Shown: positions 13,182 through 25,842 of the stretch, one piece after another
Layout of the letters: every line of letters starts with the position of its first letter
Numbering within the stretch: position 1 is the first letter of the stretch
Origin: Geosiphon pyriformis uo1
Taxonomy: Eukaryota > Fungi > Glomeromycota
DNA length: 64,000 nucleotides
Reading direction: 5' to 3'
Assembly: GCA_016748015.1 (NCBI GenBank)
Contig: JAAOMT010000129.1
Span: 496,001-560,000 of the forward strand
The notes under the pieces: generated by a model
Told to the model about the DNA's origin: nothing
The model's input: the letters and a program-made list of their open reading frames with translations, nothing else
The model's database searches: none
Program-made: the position numbers and the translations under genes

Positions 13182-15284
13182 AACAGCAATAACAGAGCCA
13201 ACAGTGGTCTCATAATCGAAAAATGGTTTTGATTTATCATACTGAATGGTAAAAAAACTTTTTTTGAAAAAACTTTAGACTCTTTTTTGGGAATTTTGGA
13301 CGAAGGAAAGAAAGAAGTTTTTTTTTTACAATTATAAATAAATACTAACAAGTAATTTTTTATTACAAAAATGTTTAAATACTTAAAAAAATTTAAAAAA
13401 AGAAAATAATTAAATAAAAAAAAATTATTTTATTTTAAAAATAATTTTTATTACTTTTATTTGTATATATTTTATATATTAAAACATTTTTATTAGTTTA
13501 AACATATCTTTTTAAAGCTAAAAAATATATTATTTATATAATTATTTAAAATAATTAATAATCAGATTAGCAATTAAGTTAATAATCAGATTATTAATTA
13601 ATTTAATAATTAAGTTATTAATTAAGTTATTAATTAAGTTATTGATCAAGTTAATAATTAGATTAATAGTTAAATTAATAATCAAATTATTAATTATTTT
13701 TTAAAAATAAGGTGGTTAACTATATAATATTAGTGATTAATACATGTAATAATTAATAAAAACTATGGTTTTTAATCATAATATTATTTTCTTCAAAAAA
13801 ATTAAACTTTGGCAAAATTAAAATATTTATAAAATATTTTAATTAAAAAATTTTGTTTAATTCAAAACTAATTAGTTTGATAAAGTTTTTTGTTAATAAA
13901 ATATACAAAATTTAAGATAAAATAAGCTTTGTATTTAAGAAATCAAATTTTTATATAAAAATTTTGGCTTTTTTAACAATGATCAAAACTTTTAAAACAT
14001 TTAATTATATAATATTTAAAATTTTTATTTGTATTTTTAAAGATATTTTCTATAATTTTATTAATATAATTATAGAGCTTAATTGTTTTTTATATAATAA
14101 GTTTTTGTTTATAGACAAAATTTTTTTAATTGTTTTTTTAAGTGTTAAAAGATAATAATATTGCTAAAATTATTTATTTAAGCATATATTTTCTATTTTA
14201 TTATTAGTTTTTTTTTGGTAATGATTTTTTTTGGTTTAATAATAATATGTGTTCTATTGTAATTAACTATAATAATTTGTTTTTTAATAGTTAAAATAGT
14301 ATTTAAATAGTTTTTAATCCAATACTTATAAAAAATATAGAAAGCATTTTAAATATTTTAATTTAAAAAATAATTGTTTATATTAATTGAAAATATTTCT
14401 GTTTTAAAAATAGTATATTTATTTATAACTAATTTTTGTTAATTATTTAGATTAATATTATCATAACAAATAATTAATCGGATTTTTTGTAATATTTTTT
14501 AAGTTATGTATTATATATAGGCCAATTATTAAAGATTGTTTTATATTAATCTTATAAGATATAAAAATTATTGTTCAAAACTTTGTTAATTATAAAAAAA
14601 AATTTTTATCAGCTAAAAAACTTATTTCTATAAATATTGTCTTTGTTTAAGCAATATTTTAAAACTAAGTTATTAATACTTAAAAAAAGTGTTTTATATG
14701 TTTTTTTTGAATTTTTCCTAAAACTATTTTATCTTTTTAAAAACAATTATTCATGCTTAATTAGTGTTTTGACTAACTTAAGTAATTAATTACATATAAA
14801 AAATACATGATTTATATTTAATTTAAATTATATTTTATAATATATTATATTAAATAATGTTTTAATACATTTTATTAAAACATAAATAAATAAATAGTTT
14901 ATATTATTATTAATATTAGAAAAAAATATGTATAATCTATATTAACCAAAATTAACACCAAATATTTTAGCAATTTTTAGCAACTTTACAATATTATTTA
15001 ATAGTAATAATAACAAATTATTAATTATAAAAAACATAAAATTATTAATATATATTAAATTATTCTTTTTTATGATTATTTTAAACTTAGACTTAATTAA
15101 TTATATTTTTTACAGTAACCTATTTTCAAGTTGTACATAAAATTCATAAGCACTCTAATAATATTTTTGAAATTACTAAAAATTAACAAAGCTTTATAGT
15201 ATTAGTTTTTAAAAATAATACTTTTATATAAAATAAAAAATATTATATTATTAAATATATATCAAAAAAGCAATTATAATATGT

Positions 15285-17082
15285 TGTTACTTATAAAATA
15301 TAGGAATTATATATTAGTACATAAATTAGTCAATTAGAATAGACATAGTAAAAGTGGAATTCCAAGATTTTTCTTAGAAGAATTATAGGATTCCAAAATT
15401 ACAGAATTCTTATATGAGGAATTACAGAATTCCAGGAATTTTAAGATTCCTAACTAGAAAATTAAGAAATTCAAAGAATCTTGTACAATAAAATCTATGT
15501 ATATATAGCAGTAGTATCAGAAGCTAGAAAATTAGTCAATTAGACTCTTAGAGTTAATTAAACTTACAAGTCATAATTATTAAATACTCTTTCTTTAAAA
15601 GAAAAAATTTTTAGTTTAGAATCTTCAGTTCTAAATCTCATACTCACTTCTTTATATGATAATATTCTATAACTTAAAGTGGAAACATCAAACATATCAA
15701 TAAAATCATTATTAAATACCACAATCCATTTTTTTACTATCAACAATTCATGTTAATAGTTGCCAATACTTAATTACACTAGACTAATAGCTTTTAATTA
15801 TGGCTATTGATGAGATATTAACTCTTTCTTGCTTTGGCTTATTTCTTTATTTCTTTTCTTTTCTTTCTTTCTTTTTTGTTTGGTTATTATTTGCTAATTG
15901 ATTAAAAATTAAAGACTGAATTATTGATGTTAAAAATTGCCTGATAAAAATTTTTTGTGAAAGGGTAGACATATAGATTTAAGGATTACTTACCAGAAAA
16001 TTGCTGGCCACTACATTGAAAAAAAATTCAATGGAATTGTAATTCTAGGAGACTACTGAAACAATTACTGAATCTTTGTTTATTATACAAAAAACTTAAC
16101 CAAAACCTTCAGATTATGATGTTACTGGAGGTTTTTGGTCTCTTTTCTTAAATGTTGGTAATGTTGATTTGCTGTGAATTCACGTTCTCAGGAAGTAGTT
16201 GAACCTCCAATAACTGAATTTATTTTCAAATTATCTTCTATAATTTGAATTTGCTGGGCTTATAAGTGGAATGGCCAATTTCATGCCAGTTACTTTATGT
16301 AGTTACATTGTAGTAAACGTTAACTCTTTCCCAGGAATTGCTTATCTGGAAGCTCACTAAAATGTATAGTTACTTTGCTGTGAAAGTCAACTCTTCTACA
16401 GGAATTTTGTTTGTAGGCTACCCTAATATTTGTAATAAGAAAAAATAAAAATAAAAAAATGTAAAAAAAATAGAATTTTGTCAAGAGAAACGTTTTCTAT
16501 CCAGGCCTGGAGTCACCAACAGTTTACTGAAATTGGTAGCTAATCAATTTCAAAACGTTAGTTGGGTTTTTGAGGATTTTCCAAGTGCAATAATTTAAAG
16601 AGTTTGGTTTTTCGAATTATTTGATATTTATTTCTTTTTGTGTGTGTAGGAATGGTTCTAAGTGATAAATCTAAAATAAGATACATTTTCCAGAAGAGAA
16701 AAGCTCTTCTTTTATACAACTTGTTGTAGTACTAGTCTATGAACTTGCACTTTTTCTCTTTGCTCAAATTTCGGCAAATTTTTGAATATTACAAAGTTCA
16801 GAATATTGTGTAATTCAATCATCTTACTTTCTGTTATACTAATTAGATTATTTTAATTGAATCGTGATATGTGATAATTGATTAAATAATAAATGATAAT
16901 TTGAAATGATATTAATATACTAATGAATTATAGGAATTATAAGGGTAATTTCATGCTAATTAATAGCTAAAATTCTACTGGTAACAACAAAAACCTTCAG
17001 ATATCACCAATTATATTACTTATTAAGCACCAAGTTATGGGTTTGTTATTTGTTTTCAGACTCCAAATAATCATTTATAACA
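15285..17082 (+). mobile_element. Solo LTR (related to the 17180 LTR) with TSD ATGT, interrupted by a nested solo LTR
   Basis: TGTTAC at 15285, ...ATAACA ending 17082; ATGT at 15281-15284 and 17083-17086. Its 3' end matches 18001-18092. Confidence 0.8.
16120..16986 (-). mobile_element. Solo LTR of family B nested in the previous LTR; flanks ATGA/ACAA
   Basis: TGTTACTGGAG...CTGGTAACA; closely matches 36265-37242 but lacks most of the TTCGGCAAACT tandem array. Confidence 0.88.
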
Positions 17083-17249
17083 ATGTAAAATAAAAACAAA
17101 TACAGATCTAACAAAATTTTTTACAGAGTTATATAAAAATTTAAAAACTCTTTATAAAACTTAAATTTATTTTATATGTTGTTACTCATAAAAAGAAACA
17201 GATATAGGGAAAATAGTAGACCAATAAGTAAATAGTATTTAGCACATGA

Positions 17250-17445
17250 GCACATTGCTCAGCAATATGAAGCAATAACAGAAATTATGGCACATTGTTC
17301 AGCAATGTGGAGCAATATCAGAAAACATAACATATTGCTCAGCAATGTGAAGTGATGTTAAAAAATTAGGGCACATTGCTTGGCAATGTGAGCATTGCTG
17401 AAGAAATCATAGCACATTGCTTGGGAATGTGAGCAATTTTGTAGA
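17250..17445. repeat. About five tandem ~40-bp units, each with the palindrome CACATTGCT-C-AGCAATGTG, in LTR U3; mirrored at ~19185-19375
   Basis: Directly visible: gcacattgctcagcaat / gcacattgttcagcaatgtg / catattgctcagcaatgtg / gcacattgcttggcaatgtg / gcacattgcttgggaatgtg. Confidence 0.85.
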
Positions 17446-18094
17446 ACATCAGTTATGTATATATAATGGTAACATTAGAAGCAGAAAAAACAAAATCTTT
17501 GAGTTGGAGACCTTCCAGTTTAGATTTCATCTAAGTAACTTTCCAAATTCACAAATATCAATAAATAATTATTTGCTATCTCAATCCACTCTTCACTATC
17601 AATACTTTATGTTGATAGTAACCACTACTTAACCACACTGGAACAATAATTCTTGATCACAGCTATTGACAGAATACTAACTTGCAATTACATTAACTCA
17701 TTTTTTTTATTTTTTTTATTTTCTTTTCTTTGATTTTATTGTGGTTTACTAAATTGATTAAGAGAATTAAAGCACTGAGTTATTGATGTTATGGATAGCT
17801 TGATAAAAGATCCAGAAATAAGGGTAGAATTATATATTAACAGATAGCTTACTAGAAGGGCATGACTGTCAGATTAAACTGGCTACCACACTAAAGACAG
17901 AAATTGGGAAAACAATTTAAGGAAACAACCTAAACCAACCATAGTAAATCTCTGTCTATTATACAAAAAACTCCCCAAACAAACCTTCAGATAAAACAAT
18001 ACCTTCAGATATTACCAATGCCAATTCATTAATTGAGCACCAAGTTATGGGTTTGTTATTTGCTTTGAGACCCCAAATAATTATCTGTAATATT

Positions 18095-18111
18095 TGGTGC
18101 TCCCTGTGAGG
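18095..18111 (+). promoter_or_regulatory. Primer-binding site TGGTGCTCCCTGTGAGG (probably elongator tRNA-Met)
   Basis: Lies 2 nt after the LTR end. Complement CCTCACAGGGAGCACCA resembles fungal elongator tRNA-Met 3' ends. A near-identical site is at 32968. Confidence 0.75.
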
Positions 18112-19727
18112 TATAATCCTACAGAGAACCAGCACCAACTACATCATCCAAAAGTGGCAGAATCAGAATCAATAGGAGCAAACCATTTAGAATTCGCAAA
18201 ATTTTTATTTTAACACTACTATCAACATTTAGGATTAAATCACAATCACATATTAGTAGAATCAGTTTTCAATTTCTACATCAATAAGAAAATTGCCTAT
18301 CTGTTAGGGACACCAGTAAATACCGTGTTAGTAAGGGAAACCTTTTACAATGAATTAATTCAAAACACTAATCTACCAACAAACCACAATTTCACATCCA
18401 TTATTACAGAAATCAATAAAGAAATTGAATATCACACCCAACAAAGATACTCAATTACATATGTCAGTAAAGGAAAAAAAAAACTGCAAACACCAGCAGT
18501 GACACCTCAAAGGATACAACCACCCACTTAGAAGAAAACCAGAGTTGAATTGCCAACAAATTCATAACTTGATACTTAATTAATAAATTGGCATTGGTAA
18601 TATTTGAAGGTGTTGTTTTATCTAAAGGTTTGGTTGAAGAGTTCTTTGTATAATAGACAGAAATTCACTATGATTGGTTTAGGTTGTTTTCTCAAGTTGT
18701 TTTTCTAATTTCTGTTTTCAGTATGATGGCCAGTTTAATCTGGCAGTTGTGCCCTTCTGGTAAGCTATCTGTTAATATATATAATTCTACCCTTATTTCT
18801 AGATCTTTTACCAGGCTATCTGTGATGTCAATAACTTAGCCCTTTAATCTTCTTAATCAATTTAGTAAACCACAATAAAATCAAAGAAAAAAAAATAAAA
18901 AAAATAAAAAAAATAAAAAAAATAAGTTAATGCAATTGCAAATTAGTATCCTGTCAATAACCATGATCAAAAACTATTGTTCCAATGTGGTTAAGTAGTG
19001 GTTACTATCAACATGAAGTGTTGATAGTGAAAAGTAGATTAAGATAGCAAATAATTATTTATTGATATTTGTGAATTTGGAAAGTTACTTAGATAAAATC
19101 TAAACTGGGAGGTTTCCAACTCAAAGATTCTGTTTTTTCTGCTTCTAATGTTACCACTATATATACATAATTGATGTTCTATGAGATTGCTCACATTCCT
19201 GAGTGATGTGCTATGATTTTTTGAGCAATGTTTACATTGCTGAGCAATGTGCCCTAATTTTCTAACATCACTCTACATTGCTGAACAATGTGTCATGTTT
19301 TCTGACATTGCTCCATATTGCTAAGCAATGTGCCATAATTTCTGTTATTGCTCCACATTGCTGAGCAATGTGCTTATGTGCTAAATATTATTTACTTATT
19401 GGTTTACTATTTTCTCTATATCTGTTTCTTTTTATGAGTAATAATGTAAAAGCATAATCAAAAAATTAAATATTATTACAATATAAATATAAAACATTAA
19501 AATAATTCATATATATAAATATATTTAAATAGTAATAAATAAACAATAATACAAAATTTTTGTAAAATAAGAATACAGATTAGTTATAATTTTACTTATA
19601 AATTTAAAAGTCATATATAAATCAAAATATTATATTAAAGCAATCTAAATTTATTTAATATTTCTAATTAAGTTTTTATTAATAATATTAATTTTTAATC
19701 CAATTTTTTAATAAGTATAATAAACAG

Positions 19728-21137
19728 TGCTACCAGTGGTTTTTGTTGATATTTGAAAACATTTCTTAGCTCAACTGGTAACACGCATTACCATGATTAT
19801 TTTACTAACTATAGCATATCATGGATGTATGAACTATTTCAATAAGTGAAAAAGCAAAAAGAGGTATGTAATAAAGTCATTAAAAGTGAGAGAACATATT
19901 GTTATTATTATTTGTTTTTGGGCAAAAACCAGTCTTAGATATTTTAAAGGAGAAAAAAAAGTCACATCTCTTTATATATATTAAAAATGCAACCAACAAC
20001 AGAAGTAAAACCAACTATTCTAATAAATACATAACCAGATTTCTTTCAATTAGTCATCAAAAGAGTGTAGTGTTCAAATGCCTGTTTTGAAAACAAAGTT
20101 ATAAGAATTATAAAAAAAAGTATAAAAGTCAAACATAACTGAAATAGATTTTGCTTAAACTTATTATTGTTAAGACCATTCTCTAATAACGTGATACTTT
20201 ATTACTTATTTTTATATTTAACAACTTGTTTGGTGAAACAAAACTTAATGTAAAATGGTGATAACACATGATTTAAAAGATCAGAAGTAATAGAACAGCT
20301 TAAAATAGTGATAACAAGTAAGTAAAAGATTATAAACAATGTGATTTCAAATGGTAATAAAAAATATGAGAAGGCATACTTGAGATTGTAATGACAAGTA
20401 TTTAGAGCATAGAAAAGGGAAAAGAGAAAGTGAAAAATAAAAGAGAGAACTAACTGCTTACTATAAAACTATAGCAAAAAGTTGGCTTAGTATTAAACTA
20501 ATATTTTTCTGAGCTAACAGAAAAGCTGTATATATAGTTAAATTACATCAGATCTACATACTATATTAGAATTATTTAAATACATTAATTATTTATATAC
20601 ATTAAATTAATCAATTTATAATGAGCTTATTTAGTCTGTTATTTATCCAAGAGCTGATAATTTAGATGATCAGATTTTAGATGGCTGGATCTAAAACATT
20701 AATTGTAAATTAATAATATGAATTGTGATTATGATTAACATAATCAGAAGTAGATCAATTGATTATATTTCTTGATAACTACTTTTAATCATTAATTGCA
20801 GATCTGGAATGTTAGATTGTTTCAATAAGGACATATGAGAATTTTTGGAGCATAACAAAGTCTGTTGTTATCTGATTACATACATTAATCATTTATTTCT
20901 ATTGGTGTTTTTTCATTTGTCAAGATTTTTTTGTATTCAACTTAATTAAACTGTTAGATTGTGTTATATTTCTTTGTTGTAATTAAATTGATTGTTGATC
21001 ATTTATTTTCAGATTGTCAGCTGATTTTGTTAATTAAGTGTGATGATATAGGTTTTTTTTTGCATAATTTTGATGTTAATTTCCATTGTATGTATTGTAA
21101 TTTTTACATTGAAAAGTGTAAAAATCTTCCAGTAACA
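19728..21137. mobile_element. Probable solo LTR (~1.4 kb) with TSD ACAG
   Basis: Termini TGCTACCAG...CCAGTAACA resemble inverted family-B LTR ends; ACAG at 19724-19727 and 21138-21141; no coding content. Confidence 0.7.
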
Positions 21138-21299
21138 ACAGCTTTAAAAATATTATAAACAAAATATCAAGTATTTTTAAAAATTATCATATTATTAACT
21201 TTAATATATTTTTTATAAATACAAACAAAAAATATTAGATTCAAAAAAATATCAAGTTAATTAATTTATTAGTCTTTTTAATACTTAATATATTTAAAT

Positions 21300-24150
21300 A
21301 TTCTTTGATTTTTAATTAGATAATACCAAAATTTTTATTTATATTTATATTTGTTATATAATATTTTTAAGTTAGCAATAATTATAAAAATTTAGCAAAA
21401 CCAAATTTAATTTAAATAATAAATATTAATTATTTAAATATATTATTATAATATTAAAAATTAAAATATATTTTAAAGTCAATATAATTGTTTATAATTC
21501 TATTAATATAGAAAAAACTAAACCACTTATTTTAATATTAATAATTATATTTAAATTAGCAAAAAATACAGTAGTATTATAATTTATCTTAAGTATACTC
21601 AATTTTTTTAAAAAGTTATTTGTATAAATATTAACAACTTCTAAGTCAATATTAAACAAACTTTTTTTTACTACAAAAAAATTACTAAAACTATATATAT
21701 TAAAAAAACAAAACTAATTACTTAATAATAAGATAACACAATTAAATACTTTAATATTTAAGTAATTAATTACTAATTTAAACCAATTAGAAACTAAATC
21801 TTTAAGATTAAGTTTTTTCTAATAATAAAAATTAACAAATTACTAATAAATAAAAATATTTTTTATTTTCTAATTAATAAAAATAGTTATTATTTTTTTA
21901 TTGTTTATTAAAATATTATTAATTTCAAAAAATTTATTTACAATATTTAAAATATTAAGTAATAGTCTAATTATTTTTTAGCTAAATTGTATTATTAACA
22001 AAAATATTAGCTGTTAAGTAAAAAGTCAAACCAGTTTAATTTTTAATTCTGCCAGTCTTAATAACAAACTTAGTATTAATATAATAATCATACAAAGTTT
22101 TATGTCTCTTTATTTTACACAAAAATAAATCATAAAAAAATTTTCAAAATAATAAAAAAAAACTTTACTTTAATTTAAACTATTATATACTTAATATTTA
22201 TTTATTAATTCATAATTTGTTATAATTTAATTAATTTTATTATTGTGTATATTACTAAAAAACCTAATTAATTTTTTACTTATTTTTATTTTAACTAAAT
22301 TATTTCTTAAATAATATTAATTAATAAAATTATAAACTTTGTATATATTTTATAAGACCAGCCAAAATTCACAATTTTTTTTTCAAAGTATTTTCTATGA
22401 CAAAATTTACTGTAAAAATTAAAATTAAGTTAAAATACTTTCTAATACAAAAAAATTATTATTGCAAAAACATTAAACTTATTATACTAAAAAATTTTAT
22501 TAGAAAAAATCTTAAAAAAAATTTTTTAAGCAGTTTTAATTAAAAAAATTGGTTTAATATTAGTCAAAACTTTTTTTATTTATAAAATTTAAAAATTATA
22601 GACATTTAAGCTTCTTTTTAACATTTATTAATAATATTAAACAGATTAATAGTCTTTTTATTTAACAAGTTTTTAATTACATTTATTATTTTTTTATATT
22701 TAACAGATTTTATTATTCTTAAAAAAAGCACTATTATTAAATAAACTAAAAACAAATATTATTAATATTATAAATTAAAAATATTATTTAAGATTGTTTT
22801 TTTATTTAATTTTCTATAATCATATTTATTTTTAATTTAATCTTACCAAAAACCAAAACCAATTTATTTTTAATAATTAAGTAATTTAAACCTATTTTAT
22901 AAAATAAATATTCTAATATATTTTTAATAATATAATTCTTATTAATAGCAAACCTTTTTATTTATTTGATAATAATAGATTTAATTTTAGACTTTTTAAT
23001 CTTTTAAGACTTAACAAATTTAAACACATAATAAAATTTTTTTATATCAAATGAAATAAATTTAACATTATTATAATAGATACTTAAATTTAACAAAGCC
23101 TAAATACTTAAAGCTTTATTATTATTAAAAAACATACAATAATATATCAAAAAACAAACTTATTATTAAGTCTTAATTTTAATAAGATAATAATTTTTAA
23201 AACCAAAATTTTTAACTTATAAAATCTAAATAAAATTATTATCAAGTTTTTTAAACTATATTTTAACAAATACTTTATTTATTAAGAAATACATAATCTT
23301 TTAAATAATATTTTACATTGTATTTAAATTTAATAATCTTTTTACAATAGAAAACTTATTAAAATACATAATAACAGTAGTTAATATAATATTTTTAAAA
23401 CAGATCTACTTAAAATTATTAGTATTTTTAATATTAAACTTTTATTAATTTTTGTTAATTTGTTTTTTAAAAAAAATCAATTATATATATTTAGCAAGTT
23501 ACTTAAATTTATTAAAACAAAAACAGTTTAATAATTAGTATTAAAATACTTTTTAATATTTAAAACATTATAATTAATTATAATATTAATAAAATTTACA
23601 AAAATTAATACATAATTAATTGTTTTTTAGTTTTTTTAGAATTTTTATATGTAAAAAACTTAGTATTAAAATTTTTTAACAAAGAATTAACCAAATTTAA
23701 ATCAATATACTTCTTAAAACTAGCACTTTTTTAAAAACTATCTTCATTAAAATTACTTCTTAAGATTATAAATAAAGATTTATTTATAGTTTTAACAATT
23801 AATAAATTAATTTTTTTAATTTAAGCTAAGCATATAATTAAAACAACATTAATATAAAACTTTAAAACAATAACCAAAAGTTTGTTTCTAAAAAGCAGTT
23901 TAATTAACAAAAACCAATTAGCAATTTTTAAAAACAATTGTTTATAATAATTTTAATATCAAAACTTAAGCAATTAAATTTTAAATTAGAGATATAAATT
24001 TAAATATTATTAAACTTATTCATAATTTAAGAACAAATTTTACTTTTTAATTTTGTTTTAATAATAATAAAAATCAAATTATTTATTTTTTTATATTATC
24101 TAACAAAATTTTTTTGCTTTTTAAAATTTTTTTTTTTTTTATATTATATA
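21300..24150 (-). pseudogene. Extremely AT-eroded LINE ORF2 relic (RT and endonuclease regions); boundaries approximate
   Basis: 22350-22570 is collinear with 28700-28930 (RT) and 23700-23820 with 10890-11010 (APE), with most G/C replaced by A/T. Confidence 0.65.
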
Positions 24151-25842
24151 TAACAATTTTTTAAATAAAACTGATTATTAAGAAAATAAAAAATAAATTA
24201 CACCAAAAATTAGAACTAAATTATTAATTTTGGTTATCAAATTTATAATAAATTTAAATAAATTTTTTATTTATATTTTTATTTTAATTAAATTTAAAAA
24301 CACCAAAAAATTAAACACAATTATAGTTTTAGTATTAATAACTATACTTAAATTTTTTTTATTAATATATATTTTACTTAATTTTGTAATAAAAAAGTTA
24401 TTAATGACTAATATTTAAAATTAAAAAACCATTAATATAAATATATTTAACTTTTTAACCAATTTATCAATCTGTTTTACAAAATTAATAAAACTGTATT
24501 CTAAATCTTAAATTCATATTATTATGTATTAACAGAAAAAATTTAACTTTAAAAAAAAATTAAAGCCAGTTAAAATACCAAAAAATACTTAAAAATAAAT
24601 ATTACTAATAATTAAGACCCAAGTTTTTTTATTAAAAAACATTAGATAAGAAATAAATATCTGTTTTTATATATATATATATATTAAATATTGTTTATTA
24701 ACTATTGTAATTAGCTTTTTAATACAATTAATAATATTTTTACTAAATAAGTATTTAAATAAAATATGATTATTTTTACTATACTTAATATATTATATAA
24801 TAAACAAATTAGTTTAACACAAATTTATATTTTTAAAAACTGAAATTAAATTAACAGTAATATTTTTGGCTTTTTTGAATTTAAACAAACAATAATACAA
24901 TAAATACAAACATATAACATTGAATTACAATTAATTAAACATGTTTTTTTACTATAAAAAACTAATAAATTAAACAAGTTATAAATAATAATATTAATTA
25001 AAAAAATATATAATAAAGTTTAGTAATAATTTTTAAAATCTTATATTTATTTGTTAATATTAGTTTTGATTATTTAAACAGAATTTTTTCTTATAAAAAC
25101 AAATTATTTAAAAACAATTAAATTAGTAATATTTGTATTCTTAAATTTTACTAATATTTTTTGCCACAAATTAATAAGTTGTAATTTGATTAACACAATC
25201 TTATCAAACTTAAAAAAAACTAATTTTATAGCTAATTTGAAAAAATTTACAAAAATTTTCTTAATAATTATTTTTCAATTTATGTAATTGTTAATTTTTT
25301 GAAATTAAAATTCACCAAAATTTTTTTACCAATAACTTAATTTTTAATTTGGTTCAAACTTAATTCAAAAGTAAATATTAATTAAATTATGTTATAAAAT
25401 TTTGAAAAAATAAAAGTTCTTTTAAAATTATTTATTTGGTAAAAAAGTTTCTTAATAATTTTTAATTTTTTGTTTGATTTTTTATCTGTAATTACTAATA
25501 TATTAATATTTAATACAAATAATTTCACCAATTTAAAAACTTTTTATTTAAAAACTTGGAATTTTATACTTACTAATTTTAATAAGAAAAAATCTGAAAT
25601 ATTATTATTATTTATATTATTAATTAGAAACAAATAAAATAATTTTAACAAATTATAAATTATGATACAAGTTTATTATAGTGTTATATTATTTATATTT
25701 TTATTATTTTTTAATCTATCTAGATTTACATAATGAGTTTTTTTATAATTAAGTTTTTTAAATTTTTAATATTTAAAACTCTATTAATACTACTTATTTT
25801 ACTTTTATTTGTTTCTTTATAGCTTATATATATATATATATA

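Larger units (their letters stand above)
6573..13327 (-). mobile_element. Full-length non-LTR retrotransposon (LINE-1 of this window): ORF1 + ORF2 (APE-RT-RNase H-Zn knuckle), poly(A) 3' end, TSD ACAATTAT
   Basis: T-run at ~6572-6581 is the tail. ACAATTAT occurs at 6565-6572 and 13328-13335, and both flanks rejoin one family-A LTR. The 3' UTR is shared with the copy at 25843. Confidence 0.92.
6257..14760 (-). mobile_element. AT-eroded partial Gypsy element of family A (3' LTR split by LINE-1 into 6257-6571 and ~13328-13783; eroded PPT, ORF3 and integrase C-terminus to ~14760)
   Basis: Reverse complement aligns by eye with the family-A LTR (32212-32961, including the 12-bp array at ~13555-13690) and with 47240-48250. 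Differences are mostly G>A/C>T. Confidence 0.75.
17180..19443. mobile_element. Fold-back LTR-derived element: LTR (17180-18092) + PBS + ~450 bp gag-region start + inverted LTR copy (~18555-19443), flanked by ATGT/ATGT
   Basis: 18555-19443 is the reverse complement of ~17180-18057, differing mainly by transitions. ATGT occurs at 17176-17179 and 19444-19447. Confidence 0.85.

Noticed and set aside
6740-13215. Plus-strand ORFs antisense to the LINE (similarly 26062-29426 and 41050-43806)
   Set aside because: Short shadow frames of the retroelement coding strand with no motifs.
17250-17445. CRISPR-like array of palindromic repeats
   Set aside because: The 'spacers' are ~20 bp and similar to each other, the array lies inside an LTR in eukaryotic DNA, and there are no cas genes.
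17180-19443. DIRS/tyrosine-recombinase element or DNA transposon with long TIRs
   Set aside because: The arms are Gypsy-type LTRs with TG...(C>T)A ends and a tRNA PBS; no recombinase or transposase is present.
24150-25820. Additional transposon relic in the AT-rich stretch
   Set aside because: Probably eroded repeat, but no partner sequence or termini could be identified within the window.
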